Below, in pieces: positions 53,358-64,000 of a DNA stretch of 64,000 nt (position 1 is the stretch's first letter; every line of letters begins with the position of its first letter). A program made the position numbers and the translations under genes. A model generated the notes under the pieces. That model saw only the letters and a list, made by a program, of their open reading frames with translations, was not told the origin of the DNA and did no database searches. The stretch covers positions 1-64,000 of the forward strand of contig NW_021832433.1 in assembly GCF_006345805.1 (NCBI RefSeq), given 5' to 3'. The DNA is from Octopus sinensis (taxonomy: Eukaryota).

Positions 53358-53665
53358 TATATTAAATTAAAAACAAAACCACTATTAGGCAAATCATACA
53401 ATGAAAAACTTAAGCCAATACATAAGATTATTTCATTTATATTATTTAAATATATAACAAAATTATTAAAAAAATATAATAATATAACACTACGATCGTT
53501 CATGGCTGTTAAATAATCTTATGTATTGGCTTAAGTTTTTTCATTGTATGATTTGCCTAATAGTGGTTTCGTCTCTAATTTAATATAATATAATATTTTA
53601 CTATAAAATTGGATCAATCCTAAATCTGATTTTTCCCTGTAAGTTGGGATTTATTCCCTAATATT
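53350..53665. repeat. Fold-back element: ~84-bp inverted arms (53350-53433 / 53511-53595), a 77-nt spacer and a 3' tail; Penelope-pLTR-like
   Basis: AAAACCACTATTAGGCAAATCATACAATGAAAAACTTAAGCCAATACATAAGATTATTT is inverted downstream. The spacer contains ACACTACGATCGTTC and the element is flanked by (TA)n. Confidence 0.9.
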
Positions 53666-53682
53666 TATTATATATATATTAT

Positions 53683-53729
<47 letters not shown>

Positions 53730-54165
53730 ATATATTATTATATATATATTTGTGGCAAGATTAGCTTTCAACAGAATTTGAACTCAATGAGGACTGGCCC
53801 AGTCGTATATATATTCACTTGCAATTTAGCAAACCAACATTTGAGGAAACTAAATATTTGTTACAACTGGCGATAGTTTATGTGCTGTGTTGATGACGCT
53901 TATTAAGGTAGAAACAGTCTTCCACAATTTCAAGCTCTCAGATTTGAGGGATACGTCAGTTCCAGTGAGTTGTTGATTCTAAAGATTATCTCCTGCTCCT
54001 TTTTCGCAGGTGAATGCAATTGCAACGATGCATTCGTTTACTCTTCTCTCCAATGGACAATAATTTCAATAGGCATGTGCATATATGCATCTGTATATGT
54101 AATAATATACTTATCGATCTATCTGTCTGTCTGCTCATCCACCCATCTATCTATCTGTCCGTCCC

Positions 54166-54318
<153 letters not shown>

Positions 54319-54952
54319 TAATCTATCCATCCATCCATCCATCCATATCTATCCATCTCTCCGTCCGTCCGTCCGTGTCTACACATGCATATATACGTAC
54401 GTAGATATTGTAAAGCAAGTATGACAAACATCTATGTGTGAGTGTGCTTACTTCGGTGTCTGGACAAGATCTTGATTACGCGTGTGCGCTCGTGTATACA
54501 AAGAGAATGTGGAAGAGCAACGCAATTACATCTCACTCTCCACGCAACCCAATCACGACGTCAGTATGATCGGTTTTGTTGAAATGCTTGACGGATGCTG
54601 AAATCAATAAGTTTTATAAATATCCGCTCTGTTATTCTAAGGTATTCTTAAATATTTACTTAGGTCTCTGGTTTGTAATATGCACACAGTATAATTCCCT
54701 AACATCATGGCTGTACTTTTGTTGGTGCCGGAGGAAGTGAGGGTGGATGTGATGGTGGTGGTGGTGGTGGTCATGGCGGTGTATTAGTGATCATGGCATT
54801 ACAGTAAGATTGGGCTTTGGTGTGTGCGTGCGTACGTTTGTATGTATATTTATGTTTGTGTGTGTGTTCGCTTAACCATATGATATATAGCCATGTATGA
54901 ACCTTTCGAGACATTTTGCAGCCTTCTACGAATTCACAATAATATATAATGA

Positions 54953-55007
<55 letters not shown>

Positions 55008-55127
55008 ATAAATATACACACCTGTACGGATATAACGGATATATGTACATTTTAATATTTACCCACATTAAACCCTTTCTATTTCTAACAATTCTATTCA
55101 TTTCATTCAATAGGTCAACAACAAAAT

Positions 55128-55196
<69 letters not shown>

Positions 55197-55619
55197 TAAT
55201 AACAACAACAACAATAACAAAGACAAGCAATATACTGAAAATGGAAAGAAAAAATGTTGGATGACGACGACAGAAACGAAGATGGGAAAATAAGCGACAT
55301 ATTGCTTTTCTTCAATATCTTATCTGAAAAGGAGAAGCGAAGATAAGTTGTGGGTTTCGTGCCAGGCATAATAATTCTATCGACGAGGAACCAGAATCTT
55401 CATCTACTCCACCATGCCAAAAACAACAATAATATTTTCACTATCATTATAATTATAATCATTCATAGTCGTCATCGCAGTCTTGATAATCCTAAACACC
55501 ATCATCACTCAACATCTACTGAAAGAGAGGGTGATAGGTATGTATATATAGATATATGTGCACGTATGTATTCTTGTGTGTGCGAGAGAGTATGTAATGT
55601 GCGTGTGTTTACACGTGTT

Positions 55620-55765
55620 GGTGCAGTTTGAAAAGTGCTGAATTGGATCGACATGAAATAAAGTGTCTTGCTCAAGAACACAACACAAATCCGGTCCCGA
55701 AATCGAACTCACTACCTCATTATTGTGAACCCGACGCTTTAATCACTAGGCCATGCGCCTTCACC
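55620..55765 (-). mobile_element. SINE-C head
   Basis: TGAAATAAAGTGTCTTGCTCAAGAACACAAC...GAAATCGAACTCAC...TAATCACTAGGCCATGCGCC. Confidence 0.75.
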
Positions 55766-55815
55766 CTCGGTTATGCATAGCGATACTAATAACCTGGAAC
55801 AGGAAATTATTTTAT

Positions 55816-55973
55816 AAACTTCATAAGCTTACAGATGTTTCTGCTATAGGTTGCAGTTCACTCAAAACTGAAAGCATATGTATCACCATATAGTTTCATT
55901 GTTGAAGCTCCATGCACTCAGATCTGAGTGCTCTGCATCTCATAGCAGAAACAGCTGTAAGAGTATGAAGTTT
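55816..55973. repeat. Imperfect fold-back (arms 55816-55864 / 55925-55973) with an internal 18-bp palindrome
   Basis: AAACTTCATA..CTTACAG.TGTTTCTGCTAT is inverted as ATAGCAGAAACAGCTGTAAG..TATGAAGTTT. The palindrome GCACTCAGATCTGAGTGC lies at 55913-55930. Confidence 0.8.
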
Positions 55974-56126
55974 CTATGATAGTTTCTTCTTCCTTTGTCA
56001 TTTAATTTCATGTATATGTAAGGGAGTATATGTATACGTTGAATTAATGTGTAAGTGTGCATATGTATGTGTGTGTGTGTGTGTGCACACAACAAATTTA
56101 CGTATATATCCATGTATATATATATA

Positions 56127-56342
56127 CGAAGGGGTGCTGAAAGTTCCTGACTTTAAGTGTCTCGCAAAAGGCCTGCTTGGAAGCCCGACCCTCTGAGTTC
56201 ATTTACAGGATTGAGAATAAATGAAGGACCGCTGAAGTAAGTGAGTGAAATTGAGAGGGGAATATGTTGAGTAAAATCTTAATTAGCTGACCCTCCTGTA
56301 TTTTCTTTTACCTAAAGCCAGGAACATTTCAGCACTCATTCA
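56127..56342. mobile_element. Mariner-type MITE
   Basis: Imperfect TIRs CGAAGGGGTGCTGAAAGTTCCTGACTTTA and TAAAGCCAGGAACATTTCAGCACTCATTCA, flanked by TA dinucleotides. Confidence 0.75.
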
Positions 56343-56374
56343 TATATATATATACATATATATTGTCGTCATCG

Positions 56375-56735
56375 TGGCACTCTGTAGGTTACAACAACGA
56401 GGGTTGCAGTTGATCCGATCAACGGAACAGCCTGCTCATGAAATATACGTACAAGTGGCTGAGCATTCCACATACACGCGTACCCTTAACATAGTTCTTG
56501 GGGAGATTCAGTGTGACACAGAGTGTTACAAGACCGGCCCTTTGAAATACAGGTACAACAGAAACAGGAAGAAAGAGTGAGAGAAAGTTGTGGTGAAAGA
56601 ATTCACCACTAGCCCTGCCAGACCCTCGTAGAGCTTTAGATGTTTTCGCTGAATAAACACTCACAACGCCGGTCTGGGAATCGAAACCGTGATCCTATGA
56701 CCGCGACACCGCTGCCCTAACTACTTGTCCATTTC
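56375..56735 (-). mobile_element. SINE-C variant, near full length
   Basis: GGCACTCTGTAGGTTACAACAACGAGGG...GTGGCTGAGCATTCCAC...GGGAATCGAAACCGTGATCCTATGACCGCG. Confidence 0.8.
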
Positions 56736-56838
56736 GACTCTACTACACACGGGAAGATGGGCATAAAGCTCGTCGATATCAGGAAAATTTCGTTGGAATT
56801 GTTGACAGAATAGATTGTAAAATGTCTGCGCGTGCATA

Positions 56839-56875
<37 letters not shown>

Positions 56876-57035
56876 ATACACGTATCTTTAAACCTACGAG
56901 AGAGTATTTTCTCTTTTCTGAAGATGCCCTTGTTTTTGAATGAAATTTGTGTATTTATATATTTATTTAGGGAATATAAAATGGCACAGCAGTACAACAA
57001 CTACTGCTGCCGCTGCTGCTAATAACAACAACAAC

Positions 57036-57090
<55 letters not shown>

Positions 57091-57473
57091 TAATAATAAT
57101 AATATGACAGACAATAATGATGATAAAGATGAATTTAATTTCTTGGAAAAGCTTCGCTGTGTTGTTTACTCAATCCTTTAGCAAGTATTGCTCTGCTAGT
57201 TTTTGAGACTTCGATATCTTACGAATCAATTATTTACCATTGTGGGTGATGGTGGTCGTGGTGGTGGTCGGAGGAAGAGAAGAAGGACGGGAATGGAGGA
57301 AGACGAGGGCGAGGAAGGGGAACGGGAAGGAACATGCTGTTCTGAAGAATTAACACAAGACCAAAAAGATAAAATACAATAAATATATAAATTAGATAAA
57401 AAAAAAAACAAAAACTATAAACTCCAAAAACAAGATGCCTGCTGTCATGTATCATATTCTGTTTTCTTTGTAA

Positions 57474-57513
<40 letters not shown>

Positions 57514-58015
57514 CATATATATATATTTGTGCGTTTGTGTGTGTGTGTGGGGGGAGGTATACACATCCATCCATACGCGCTCTGTATGTATTATAAATAT
57601 ATTTATAAAATATATAAATAATATATATATATATATATACACGTACACACAAAATGTAGACACGTGTTTCCCACATTTTTATAATTTGTTGACCATTTTG
57701 TTGTTGTTATTGTTCCTTGCAGTTTCTGTCTTTTGGTGTGTTGTCTTTTCTTTTAAAGTAGTTTGTCTTTATGGTGATGTCGGTAATATTTTCTCCCCTG
57801 GGTCTACATTTGTGAGAGTATTTTCCTCCTGTTTTTCCGTGTTGTCCCATACCTATAATGTCCATACCAATTGCTGTTTGTTATTAAAGCTGCAGTCGCT
57901 GTTAATATTATTGTTGTAGATACTGCACTGAGTGTAGTTGTTTCTATTGATGAAAATGTCGAAGACATCTTTCATGTGACTAATATAGCAGATGATGTTG
58001 CGATGTTTATCATCA

Positions 58016-58052
<37 letters not shown>

Positions 58053-58087
58053 CATTATTATTATTATTATTATTATCATTATCATCA

Positions 58088-58153
<66 letters not shown>

Positions 58154-58154
58154 T

Positions 58155-58302
58155 TCGTAGCACAGTGTAGGTAAAAATGCACCAGAGTTTTTAGTCATCT
58201 GTCAAGTCAGAACAAGGACCTCAGACAGATAATACTTTCCTTAAGACGTATGCTGTGCTCAATAAGGCTGCTTTTTGCAAGACATCATTATTATTATTGT
58301 TA
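58155..58302 (-). mobile_element. Second short R4/Dong-like LINE 3' end followed by an (AAT)n tail (58152 to 58017)
   Basis: Minus strand encodes DVLQKAALLSTAYVLRKVLSV* followed by GAGGTCCTTGTT, paralogous to the end of the 58404-58829 ORF. Confidence 0.85.
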
Positions 58303-59195
58303 TTATTATAGACGTCGTAAATTATACAATATCGTGAGGTTGTTGGTTAGAGACATTGTGTCTACCAGGGGTTTGTACTGTTTGTCAAGTCTCAACAAGG
58401 ACCTCAGACAGACAATACTTTACGCAATATACCTGCAGTTCCAAGCAATGCCGACTTTTGCCATACACATAGATTGTAGGGTATCTCTAAGGTTTTCAGA
58501 TGTTTTTCCAGATTGGGTGGTATTGAACCCAATGCTCCGATGACAATGGGGATAACCTTTATGTTTGACTCTCGTAGCTGCCACATCTTAGCGATCTCAA
58601 TTCTCAGGTCTCCATATTTATCAACCTTTTCTCTTTCCTTTATGATAATGTGTTTATCTACAGGCACTGCCACGTCAATTATTAGGCATTTTTGTTTGTC
58701 CCTCCTAAAGGTTACGATATCCGGCCTTCGGTGCTCTAACATTTTGTCTGTCTGGAAATCAAAGTCCCAGAGGATTTTAATGCCTTCCCCTTTTCGTCCA
58801 CTACCTTTTCTGGTGTATGTTGGTACCAAGCACTCGTAACCTCATATCTATACCTACGGCATCGGTATATTGGCCAGTGGAGGTTTGGGGCAACCTTGTC
58901 GTGTCTGTGTTTGTACTCTTCCTGTGGCAGACTTTCACAAACACTAGCAGAGCCACGCTTTCGACCCTCTTCTCACACATTCTGCTGAGTTCCCATGCAC
59001 TTGTGCGGTATATATCCGTTTACAATGAGTTAGTGGTCCTGGGCAGCGATAATTAGGTTTTCAGTATTCTTTTTTTAGGTCACCCTAATTAAGCCACCCC
59101 CATGATGCTTCCTGGTCTTTTAAATTTTTAGTTTCACGGTGGAACTGACCATGTCATTCCATACGGAGTAGGGTTTCTCCTCTTTCGGTGGCTGC
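58300..59195 (-). mobile_element. 5'-truncated R4/Dong-clade LINE with restriction-like endonuclease domain
   Basis: The ORF 58404-58829 contains KILWDFDFQTDKMLEHRRPDIV...IIDVAVPVDKHIIIKEREKVDKYGDL...VIPIVIGALG (PD..D/E RLE motif). Upstream broken frames give HGQFHRET...SWGWL..GDLKK...IAAQD...EEYKHRHDKVA..LHW...WYQHTPEKV. Confidence 0.9.
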
Positions 59196-59226
59196 TTTTC
59201 TTCTTCTTCTTCTTCTTCTTCTTCTT

Positions 59227-59275
<49 letters not shown>

Positions 59276-60280
59276 TGCCACCACCACCTGATATTGCACT
59301 TGCCTTGAACTTGCTGTAGTTACTATTATTCGTCGGTGTTAGTTGTTGTTATTTTAATGTTGTTTTTACTGCATTTCCAGTATTTTCAAAATGCTCAGTT
59401 CGCTATTCCTTGTCACTGATGATATTTCATATTTCCAATGCTATTTTTTGTTGCTAATTCAGGTATTCGCTGCTATCCTACATCTCAAACTTTTCTTGCT
59501 TCATTATAACTGTTACTAATGTTTTTTTTTTCTAATCGTCTATTTTTGTTGACCACTGATTCTGTGTTCAATTACCTACAGTATATCATGGTGTGTAGTG
59601 AATTTTGTTGCTATACCTACTGATAACGCTATTGCATTTAAAACGAACATAGCAGTGTTGTTGCTAACGCACTAAATATTGTTGTTGCGTCTCCGTTTGA
59701 AACCACTAAATTTGTTCTTTATGTTGTCTCTCATAAACTGGATGTTGTTGCGCTTGTTGTAAACGATGGAGTTGCTATTTTGTGAGTTATCGTTGCTATC
59801 TCTGCTTTTATTCATTACATATTTATTGCAGCTTCTGTTGGTGTTCTCAACATAAATTTTGCAGTTTAAGTTGTTAATGTTGTGACTATAGCAACAGCAG
59901 CAGTCTCAATAGCAGTAGTGGTAGTAACAGTATTAGTTGTTTTTCTTATTTTGTTGTTATTTGTAGCATACTCTATTACAATCGTTAGCGGACTTCAAAG
60001 AAGCGGTGTTGATTTTCATGAAATATATATCAATGTTACTGTTATATTTCAGTTAATGTGCCTATAATTGTTGTTGCTAAGGAACTGCGTAATAATCCTG
60101 TTGTTGCTGTCCTTTTATGGACATAGTCTAGTAATTTATAATGCTGATGTTGTTGTTGCTAGGGATGTTAATATTTATGCTCTTGTTTTTGTTGTCGTTA
60201 TGCAGTTGTTGTTAGAATGGTTGTTTTTCTTTGCTTTTAGTTAAACTTGTTTTATTGTTTTATTCATTTCTGTTATTACC

Positions 60281-60698
60281 AGGCGTGGCTGTGTGGTAAG
60301 CACTTTGCTTCCCAACCACATGGTTCCGGGTTCAGCCCCATTCTGTGCCTCCCTGTGCAAGAATTTTCTACTATAGCCTTAGGTCGATCAAAGCCTTGTC
60401 AGTGGATTTAGTAGACGGAAATTGAAAGAAGCTCGATATATATATATATATATATTCACACACACACATATGTGTGTGTGTGTGTGTACATATGTGTGTG
60501 TCCCTCACCACCGCTTGACAACTGGCTGGTGTTGGTTTGTTTACGTTCATGTAACGGTTCTGCGAAAGTGACCGATCGAATAAGTACCAAGTTTGAAAAA
60601 TAAAAATCTCCTGGGGCCGATTCATTCAACTAAAACTCCTTCAGGGCGGTGCCCCAGCATGGCCGCAGTCTAATGACTGAAACACGTAAAAGATAGTA
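60281..60698 (+). mobile_element. Full-length SINE-A
   Basis: CAGGCGTGGCTGTGTGGTAAG...CCAACCACATGGTTCCGGGTTCAG (tRNA-like A/B boxes), an internal (TA)/(CA)/(TG) tract, and the tail GCGGTGCCCCAGCATGGCCGCAGTCTAATGACTGAAACACGTAAAAG. Confidence 0.9.
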
Positions 60699-61581
60699 AA
60701 CGTGTTGTGGTTAGATGAAATTTCTTCTCGAAGCGGTTGACGTGAGGTGTTTTATATGGGTGGAGATGATGACGGTGAGGATCATCGGGGTGGTGGTGGT
60801 GGTGGTGGTGGTGGTTGGGAGGGTGTCATGAGATTCTGCTGATGACGGCAATCGACGAGATGATGATGTTAATTTTGCCGGTGACGATGATGATTATGAT
60901 GATGATGGTAATGATGATGGAGATGGCAACGCTGAATTTAATGAGGAGGTTGATTATAACGGTGATGACGGTGGTGATGACGATGGTGATGACGATGGAG
61001 ACAGCAGGGAGAGTGTGAAAATGAGAATGAAATGAAATATGGCAATGATGATAAAAATGATAATGGTGAGAGCGGGAGGAAGAGGACCAGCTGGAGCAGA
61101 AGGAAGGAAAGAACAAGAAAAAGGCAGAGTATTCCGCTGCTTCGGATGTGATTATTCCAAAATTATCCTCGGGGGTCATTTTCCCTGTTGAGGACCTTTT
61201 TCGTTGATTCGAAATGCTTTAATGCAATATCATCCATTTTTGTGTTTTTGATAATGACTATTTTTTAAAAATAATCTTCTAGTGTATTTTTACGTTTATT
61301 CGTGAGAACATCGGACAATATGCCGTGGGGTATTTTATTTTCAGGCACTTAACGTTCTGAGTTGAAATACATCCACAACTTTCCCTCTCATTCTTCCATT
61401 TTCGACAAATTAAACTGCCAATCTTAGTTCTGTGGATGATCTTATTGACTCTCACCGTCCCTTAAAAATTACTGGACCCCTGTCTAATGCAAGAATCACC
61501 ATTCTTTGTTTATGTCGTAACTGAAGCTCATACTACTACTACTACTACTACTACTGTTATTATTATTATCCTTATTATACA

Positions 61582-61800
61582 AAGGCGGCGAGCTGGCAGA
61601 ATCGTTAGCGCGCCGAGCGAAATGCTTAGCGGTATTTTGTCCGCGTGAACGTTCTGAGTTCAAATACCGCTGAGGTCGACTTTGCCTTCCATCTTTTCTG
61701 GGTCGATAAAATTAAGTAACAGTTGCGCACTGGGATCGATCTAATCGAATGCCCCCCCCCCCCAAAAAAAATGTCACGCCTTTTTCCTATAACAAAAATG
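61582..61800 (+). mobile_element. Full-length SINE-B with (ATT)n tail
   Basis: AAGGCGGCGAGCTGGCAGAATCGTTAGCGCGCCGAGCGAAATGCTTAGCGGTATTT...GGTCGATAAAATTAAGTAACAGTTGCGCACTGGGATCGATCTAATCG. Confidence 0.9.
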
Positions 61801-62690
61801 ATTATTATTACTATTATTATTATTATTATTAATATTGTTATTATTTTCATCTCTTATCTATTATTTACTCTATTATTACCATTATTACTTTTTTTCTTTA
61901 CAGTCAGAAGAGGTTCTGCTGTTGTTGTTGCTGTTGTTGTTGTTGATGCTTTTATAAAAACATTCTATAATGACGAGTTTGATATTTTGTGTTTTATACG
62001 TAGAAAATTCTATCGTAATTTTGTGTTCTAAGTTTTCTCTCTTAAGTTCCTTTGCCATTGATCTGTCGACTGAAGACATATTTCCATTTACCGAAGTTAA
62101 GGTGCAGTGACATCCTTGAAATGTCTGATGCAAAATGTAGAAGGATACGTCTTATACAGGGTTATAACGATTAGCGTCGTTCTGAAGATGACGAAGATGA
62201 TGATGATGATGATGATGATTGTGATGACGGTAATAATGATGCTACTGCTGCTGATGGTGGTAGCGATTACGATGAGGATAATGACGATGTCGGTGATGAA
62301 GATCGTGATGATGATGATGATGATGTCATGATGGATGCGATGATAATGATGTGGCTAATGAAGGTTTTGATGTTCGTAATGATGATGATGATGGTGTAGA
62401 GGAAACTTTGGAAATGATGATGAGTGTGATGATGATGATGGTTATGGTGGCAATGATAAAATCTTGTAATAATTATCGAATATTGAGAATTTCAAACCAT
62501 TTTATACCGAAATAGAAAAATATCACTTATATCTATGAATATTCTGAACAATAGCTATTGTTGTAGCAGACCTATTTTTAATTAGATTGAAAATTCTATA
62601 AAATATGTAAAAACAAATCCAAATCCGGCAGATAACTAAAGGAACACGGGTTCGGATTAAGGTTCACTAAACACCGTAGAAATAAAACAA

Positions 62691-62750
<60 letters not shown>

Positions 62751-62763
62751 TAATAATAATAAT

Positions 62764-62935
62764 AATCCTTTCAATTATAAGCACAGGACCTGGAAATTTT
62801 GCGGATGGGTTGGGGGATTAGTCGATTACCTCGGCCCAAATGCACAACTGGTACATTAGTGACCCTGAAAGAATGACAGGCGGTATTTATTATACTCAGA
62901 AGATAAAAAACCGGATGAAATGCAGTTAAAAATTT
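62764..62935 (-). mobile_element. Decayed SINE-B with (AAT)n tail at 62690-62765
   Basis: TCCTTTCAATTATAAGCACAGG...GATTAGTCGATTAC...CAACTGGTAC. Confidence 0.6.
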
Positions 62936-63019
62936 TACAATAATAATAATAATAATGATGATGATGAAGATGATGATGATGATGATGATGATGATGATAA
63001 TAATAATAATAATAATATA

Positions 63020-63198
63020 TTTAATTCTTTTATTGGCCACAAGGGCTGACAAAAATTAATTATAACATAAAAGGACAAAACACAGGACGAAAGTTACAAA
63101 GGGTTTTGTCCATTTGAAAAAGGTCCGTGTAAAAACAGTGTAACAACGAAATTTTATATGAATGAAAAACTCCCAATAGGGGGAGGCGCTTCGAAAGG
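63020..63198 (-). mobile_element. Retroposon 3' end with polyA signal (tail resembles the Tx1-like tails)
   Basis: Minus strand ends CAGCCCTTGTGGCCAATAAAAGAATT, compared with CAGCCCTGTGTGGCTAATAAAGAAA at 9411-9436. It is flanked by (TAA)/(TGA) repeats. Confidence 0.5.
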
Positions 63199-63284
63199 TA
63201 ATAATAGTAATGAAGATAATAATAATAATAGCAATAGTAATAATAAGGATAATAATGATGATGATGATGATGATGAGGATTTCA

Positions 63285-63878
63285 AATTCTTGCAACAAGG
63301 CTAGTATCTTAAGGAGAGTGTAGGGTCGACCCCAGTTTTCAACTAGTACTTATACTTATTTTATCGACCCCGAAAGGATGAAAGTCAAAGTCGACCTTGA
63401 CTAAATTTCAACTCAGAGCGCTGGTAAGCATTTTGTCCGTCGTGCTTATCATCCTTTCTACTCTTGGCACAAGGCATGAAATTTGGTGGGAGGGAGCTAT
63501 CTCGATTAAATAGATCCCAGTACTCAACTGGTACTTAATTTATCGACCCCGAAAGAAGGAAAGGCAAGGTTGACCTCGGCGGAATTTGAACTCAGAACAT
63601 AGTGATGGGCAAAATGACGCTGAGCATTTTGCTTGGCGTGCTAACGATTCTGCCAGCTCGAATAATCCTTTCTACTGTAGGCACAAGACCTGAAATTTGG
63701 TGGGAGAGGTTAAGTAGATTACATCAACCCCAGTACTCAACTGTTACTTAATTTATCGACCCCGAAAGAATGAAAGGCAAAGTCGACCTCGGCGGAATTT
63801 GAGCTCAAAACGTAAAGAGAGACGAAATACTGCTAAGCATTTCGTTCAGCATGGTAACGACTCTGCCAGTTCGCCGTA
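63285..63878 (-). mobile_element. Three head-to-tail SINE-B copies (63285-63448, 63449-63660, 63661-63878)
   Basis: TTATCGACCCCGAAAG..(T/G)GAAAG(G/T)CAA(A/G)GT(C/T)GACCT occurs three times, with matching heads and tails. Confidence 0.85.
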
Positions 63879-63895
63879 TTAGGTGTCCTGCTAAT

Positions 63896-63962
<67 letters not shown>

Positions 63963-64000
63963 TTTCTGATTTAGTCAGGAGGTCAGCAATTTTTTTAGGA

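Noticed and set aside
59200-60270. 1-kb GTT/GCT/ATT-rich tract (similar tracts at 35340-35690 and 46020-46860) resembling low-complexity coding sequence
   Set aside because: There is no sustained ORF, so it is best explained as decayed trinucleotide repeats.

Overview
Eukaryotic, AT-rich, microsatellite-saturated, largely non-coding DNA. The SINE and LINE repertoire looks like an octopus genome (inference from recognised repeat sequences). No complete protein-coding gene is recognisable. Almost all supplied ORFs are translations of (TA)n, (CA)n, (TCTA)n or trinucleotide repeats. The only convincing coding remnants are 3' ends of four types of non-LTR retrotransposon: CR1/L2-like at 5.4-6.0 kb, Tx1/L1-like at 8.85-9.44 kb, RTE at 31.6-31.9 kb, and RLE-type/R4-Dong at 20.9-21.5 and 58.2-59.2 kb. 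There are also more than 25 copies of three tRNA-derived SINE families, two DNA-transposon MITEs, a 3 x ~550 bp tandem triplication, and a few weak candidate exons. The main discovery is a set of non-coding elements carrying minimal type I hammerhead ribozyme (HHR) motifs with palindromic stem III. One is a 364-bp tandem dimer with two U3-A8 variant HHRs at 40.3-40.96 kb. Another is a 359-bp-period tandem-plus-inverted element with two HHRs at 6.04-6.78 kb. A decayed HHR lies at 36.8 kb, and several fold-back elements have centres or spacers carrying HHR stem-III halves (8.1, 53.4, 55.9 kb). They resemble Penelope-associated HHRs and retrozymes, and most sit in or beside (TA)n tracts. All structures were folded by eye and none is experimentally or computationally verified.
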